From Eledone cirrhosa (lineage: Eukaryota), in assembly GCA_964016885.1 (NCBI GenBank), contig OZ024740.1, positions 222,890,001 to 222,954,000 on the forward strand: 64,000 nucleotides of DNA, in the 5' to 3' direction. The notes under the pieces are model-generated. The model made no database searches and was not told the origin of the DNA. It worked only from the letters and a program-made list of their open reading frames with translations. Position 1 is the stretch's first letter. Each line of letters opens with the position of its first letter. Both the position numbers and the translations under genes were made by a program. Shown here piece after piece: positions 57,016-64,000 of the stretch.

Positions 57016-60000
57016 ATGGCGACAAGACTACGGATGAACGAAGCGATCAGGGCATTCACCGGGGAAGGCGATGTTGTCGCTTGGCTGCGGAAGGTTCGGC
57101 TGGTCGCAGGCTTGCAGAAGATAGGAGACGTGGCCGGCCTCATGGCATTGTACCTCGAGGGCGACGCGCTGGTACTCTTCCTTGAGTTGGACGACCACAG
57201 CCAAAGAGATGTGCAGAAGATTGAGAGGCGTCTGATGGATGCATTCGCCGAGGGACCGTTGGCGGCTTTTGCTAAGCTGGCGAGAATCAGGTGGAATGGT
57301 GAGCGCGTCGACATTTTCGCCACGGAAATAAGGCGGTTGGCTATGTTGGCCGGTTACCAGGCGGAATGCGAACGCACGGTGCGGTTGGCGTTCATCAATG
57401 GATTTCCGGACGACATAGCGGTGAAACTGCAGCAAGTCCCGGGGTATAAAGAGATGGAAATGCGTTCACTGGTGGAACAAACCCGGATCATAGCGGAAGG
57501 TGCCAAAAAGCGTGTTGCGGTGATAGCGACTACGGAGGCTCAGGACACCTGGCAGCGAAATAGTCAAAGGGAGGCAACCTCGGCACGCGGCGTCCGTGCG
57601 AATTTCGGGGGCGCTGTTTTAGGTGCCAGGGCCCGCATATGTCTAGAGACTGTAGAGAGTCGAAGCCGGAGATAATTTGCTACCGGTGTAAGCGACCAGG
57701 CCACATCACTACTAACTGCGACCAGGGAAACGATCTAAGGGGAACAACTGCGCCGGTAGTTGCCCCTTACGAGTAGCGGCGCTGCCCGTCGTGGAAGTCT
57801 TCGTGAGGGGGAAGCCACAGCGAGCCCTCGTGGATACGGGCTGTACGACGACACTGGTGACCGCGGGGGTGGCGCAGAGGTGGGGAGGGTAGAGCAGCGT
57901 AAGGGCAGTCGACGGCAGGAAAATTAAATGCCGAGGTCGCAGCGAGATGGAAATAGCGGTACGGGGAAGGACGATAAGGCTTTCCGCCATCGTGGTAGAC
58001 AGTGTGGTGGATGGGATCGGCGTGGTTATGGGCATGGACGCGATTGGCCGTCTAGGGGCGTCACGGTGAACAATGTCGGTGTGTTGTTTGGCGCCGCTGC
58101 ATCGGTATGCGCTGTGAGTGCACGTCATGAGAACCAGAAGGCCCACGAGGAGGAATACCCCGCTTACACTGTACAGGACAAAGACTTCAAGGCCGTGTTT
58201 GATGGGCAGCGATGGGTTGTTGAGTGGTACTGGAAGGGAGAACCACCAACACTGAAAACCAAAGTGGGCTGCTATCAACACACATTGAAGGGAAACGCTA
58301 GGAGCGAGTTCGAGCGAGAAGTAGAGAGATGGATCGAAGGGGGCATACTGCTTCCCTGGAAGCAGGAGGTGAAGTGCGGAGTATTGCCGTTGATGGCGGT
58401 GGTGCAACCCACGAAGAGCAAGGTGAGGCCGGTGCTGGACTATCGGGAGCTGAACGAGCACGTGTCATGCCACACGGGTGGCGAGGTCACGGATGTCTGT
58501 GGGGAAACCCTGCGTGAGTGGAGACGCATGACGGGGGATTCAGCGATCGTGGATCTAAAGTCGGCTTACTTGCAGTGGCATATAGATGAGAGGCTCTGGC
58601 GGTATCAGCTGGTCAGGTATAAGGGCCGGACATATTTTTTTTTTGCCTGACCAGGCTCGGTTTCGGGCTGAGCTCCGCACCGAAGATCATGGCGGCGGTC
58701 CTCAAGACCGCTCTGGGGAGGGCCGACAAGATAAAGAGGGCTACTAACTCCTATATTGACGACATCCTAATGGACGAGTCGATGGTGTCGAAGACGGAGG
58801 TCACGAGCCATTTGCGGAGGTATGGACTGACTGCGAAGCCATCAGAAGCATTGGAGGGAGGAGCCGCGCTGGGACTTAGGCTACGGCGAGATAAGACGGG
58901 CTTTTGGTGTTCCAGAGGGGAAACGAAGTTCCGGAACTGGGCCCAAGTATGAATAGGCGGGAGCTTTTCTCGGTGTGTGGAAAGCTGGTGGGTCACTACC
59001 CGATCGCTGGGTGGCTCCGGACGGCATGCAGCTATGTCAAGAGACGAGCGGGAGGATGACTTGGAGTGACAGAGTGGGAGAGAGAACGGTGGCCATGATG
59101 CAGGAGATCGTGGGGAGGGTGAAGGCCGACGACCCAGTGAGGGGACGCTGGTACGTTCCCAAATCACGGAGCGGGTCCGTATGGTGCGATGCCAGTAGCA
59201 TAGGGCTGGGTGTCACGTTGGAGATAGGAGGTGTTGAGGTCGAGGATGCATCTGGCTTAGAAAGAAGGACGACTGCAGCCACATCAATGTGGCCGAGCTG
59301 GACGCGGTGTTGAGAGGGGTGAACCTCGCCCTGCGGTGGGGGCTGCGCACCATCGAGATACGCACCGACTCGGCTACTGTACTCGGATGGGTAGGATCAG
59401 TGCTCACCAGTGAGAAGAGAGTGCGAACGAGAGGCGCGGCGGAGATGCTGATAAAGCGCCGCATGGGAACGTTAGGAGAGCTGGCCACCGAGTTCGACCT
59501 GAAGCTGAGCGTAGTGTTCGTGCCCTCGGAGAAAAATAGGGCGGACATCTTAACTAGAGTGAAGAAAGCCTGGATGGAAGTGCCGGAGGAGGTAGAGGAT
59601 GAGATAGCTGCTGTGTGTCGGCTGACCGAGTTAGACCTGAAGGGGTTGCACGACATTCACCACATGGGGGTGGATAGGAGCCTGTTCCTAGCCAGGAGAA
59701 TCGACTCGGACGTTAGCAGACACAGTGTTCGGGGGGTGGTTAGAGGCTGCGTCCGATGTCAGTCCATTGATCCCGCCCCGGGTGTACACGAAACGGGAAG
59801 CCTCCCGGTGGATCGCGACTGGAAGCGATTAGCGGTGGGTGTGACGCACTACCGGCAGGGAACGTACCTCTCGATGGTCGACTGTGGACCAGGTCGAATG
59901 GCGATATGGAGGGAGATGAAGACTGGAACGGCCGAGGAAATCGTGCGGACGTTGAGAGAGGTGTTCTTGGAGCGGGGCCCTGTGGATGAACTGCTGATGG

Positions 60001-60539
60001 ACAACAGCGCAGCGTTCCGCTCGGAGGCACTGAGGGAGATGCTCGATGGATGGAAGGTGGACCGTTTCTTCAGAGCGGCGCACAGGCAGAGCGGGAATGG
60101 AATCGTGGAGCGACACCACCGGACGAACAAGGCAATGGCGGAGCGGGGCCATATCTCACCAATGGAGGCAGTGTTCTGGTACAATATGTCCCCTCGGGTT
60201 GGACAGGTCGAGGAATCGGTGCCACATAGAGCAGTATTCAAATACGAGTGGCGGCACCCGTGCACGCCACCACAACGGCCAGTGGGGAGAGAGAGTGCAT
60301 TCGTGCAGGTGGGCGAAGAAGTCTGGGTTAAGCCCCCAGATGCACGTTGCACATCTCAATGGGGAAGGGGAACGGTGACGGCAGTAAATTCAAAGAACAA
60401 TGTGTCCGTAGACGGGGTACAACGTCATGTCCTGGATGTAAGAAGAATCACTGTGTCGACGGACTCCGAGGAAGAGGAAACCCAGAGCTCTGCCCCAATA
60501 CTACGAAGATCGCAACGAAGTCGTAGACCACCGACCTAG
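57016..60539 (+). pseudogene. gag-pol with frameshifts and stops
   Basis: Gag with two CCHC knuckles (CFRCQGPHMSRDC, CYRCKRPGHITTNC), PR ALVDTGC, RT VDLKSAY/YIDD, RH WCDAS/AELDAV/TDS/NRAD, and IN HHCC + LMDN + NGIVER. The first catalytic D appears as G (LAVGVTHY). Confidence 0.92.
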
Positions 60540-60600
60540 ACGGCAGACTTTCAGATGCAGAGGGACGAGGGGGAAATTGATCCTTGAGATCAGGGGGGCG

Positions 60601-60848
60601 TGTGGGTATGGTGTGGCGTGCGGTGGCCGGAGGCGGGGGGAGTGCTTGACCGGAAGGGGTTTTTGAGTGCTCGACCGGAAGGGCCAGGAGAGGGCCTCTC
60701 TCTAGTGGTGACCAGCACACGGTGTGGACGCGAGTTTTGAGCAGCTCCCGGTGTTAAGCAGTCGGACGCACGTGGAAGAGGAGTACCTGCAGTGGAATTT
60801 AGCAGCGCCTGTGAAAAGCGGTAAGTGAGATAGCTTTTTCTAACCACA
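60601..60848 (+). repeat. 3' LTR
   Basis: Copy of the 5' LTR, followed by the TSD gatga. Confidence 0.93.
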
Positions 60849-60853
60849 GATGA

Positions 60854-60895
<42 letters not shown>

Positions 60896-60898
<3 letters not shown>

Positions 60899-61328
60899 TC
60901 ATCATCATCATCATCATCATTTAACGTCCATCTTCCACGCTTGCATGGGTTTGGACGGGAATTTTCCCACTTGAGGTAAGATTGGTTGTCTTGCTCGTAT
61001 AGGACTGTCTGGCAGGGTTTTCTACGGCTGGATGCTCTTCCTAACACCAACCACGTTTACAGTGTGGACTGGGAGGTTTTTACCGTGTTACCTACACGGC
61101 CACATTACAGTGTGGACTGTGTTTTTTTGTCGTGACACCTACACGACCTCATTTATTTAGGACTGGATGTTGTGGTACCAACATAACTTTACATCGAAAG
61201 GGGTGGCGTGGATGGGGTGGGGGTAGTGGGACAGGGGTGTATTTTTGTTAAGAAGTGCCTACTGACTGTAGGTTTCGCTTTGTACTTAGGCAAGGCGGGT
61301 CTTCTGTATTACTGTGTAGCGCCAAAGA
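60896..61328 (-). mobile_element. RTE LINE 3' end fragment
   Basis: Colinear with 2688-3130, including the (GAT)n tail. Confidence 0.85.
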
Positions 61329-61553
61329 TATAATAATAAAAATAAAAAATATAATAATAAAAATAAAAAACAATAGACGACCATATAGGTCGTCACATAA
61401 AAATAAAAATAAATGTAAAAATTATTATAAAGTTGACAGCGATACAGGAAAGGATACAAATAAATGAACAAACACACGTGGTAAGCAATACACACAATTA
61501 CACATACATACATATAAATAAATACATACACACACACACACATACACATACAT

Positions 61554-61584
<31 letters not shown>

Positions 61585-61714
61585 CACATACCTACATATA
61601 TATATATGTACATACACATACAAATTTATATATACGCACACATGTATGTGTTTAAAACTCATTCTTTGATGTATTCATTGAACCTTGTTTAACTCTTAAA
61701 TATATATATATATA

Positions 61715-64000
<2,286 letters not shown>

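Larger units (their letters stand above)
56714..60848 (+). mobile_element. Ty3/Gypsy-type LTR retrotransposon, full-length but frameshifted
   Basis: TG..CA LTRs, 5-bp TSD GATGA and a PPT (aggggggcg) before 60601. Domain order is gag-PR-RT-RH-IN. Confidence 0.95.

Overview
This is a gene-poor, repeat-dense eukaryotic window. The (TA)n/(CA)n/(CAT)n load, tRNA-headed SINEs and RTE LINEs resemble an octopod cephalopod genome, but that assignment is an inference. No host protein-coding gene could be supported, and most listed ORFs are microsatellite artefacts. Recognisable elements are a near full-length decayed RTE LINE (~2.7-6.2 kb, minus strand), a complete but frameshifted 4.1-kb Gypsy-type LTR retrotransposon (56714-60848, TSD GATGA), at least five Penelope-like element (PLE) copies or fragments, two SINE families, a Helitron relic, a mariner-type MITE and two foldback elements. 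The main signal is a very high density of type I hammerhead ribozyme (HHR) motifs, about 18 intact or decayed motifs found by eye. Many sit in mostly unrelated, non-coding 450-660 bp units bracketed by (TA)n tracts, with terminal or tandem redundancy and often a short inverted end copy. This is the architecture of retrozymes or free PLE pseudo-LTRs, lying next to autonomous-type PLEs that carry the same ribozyme and target preference. Coordinates were counted by hand and may be off by a few bases.
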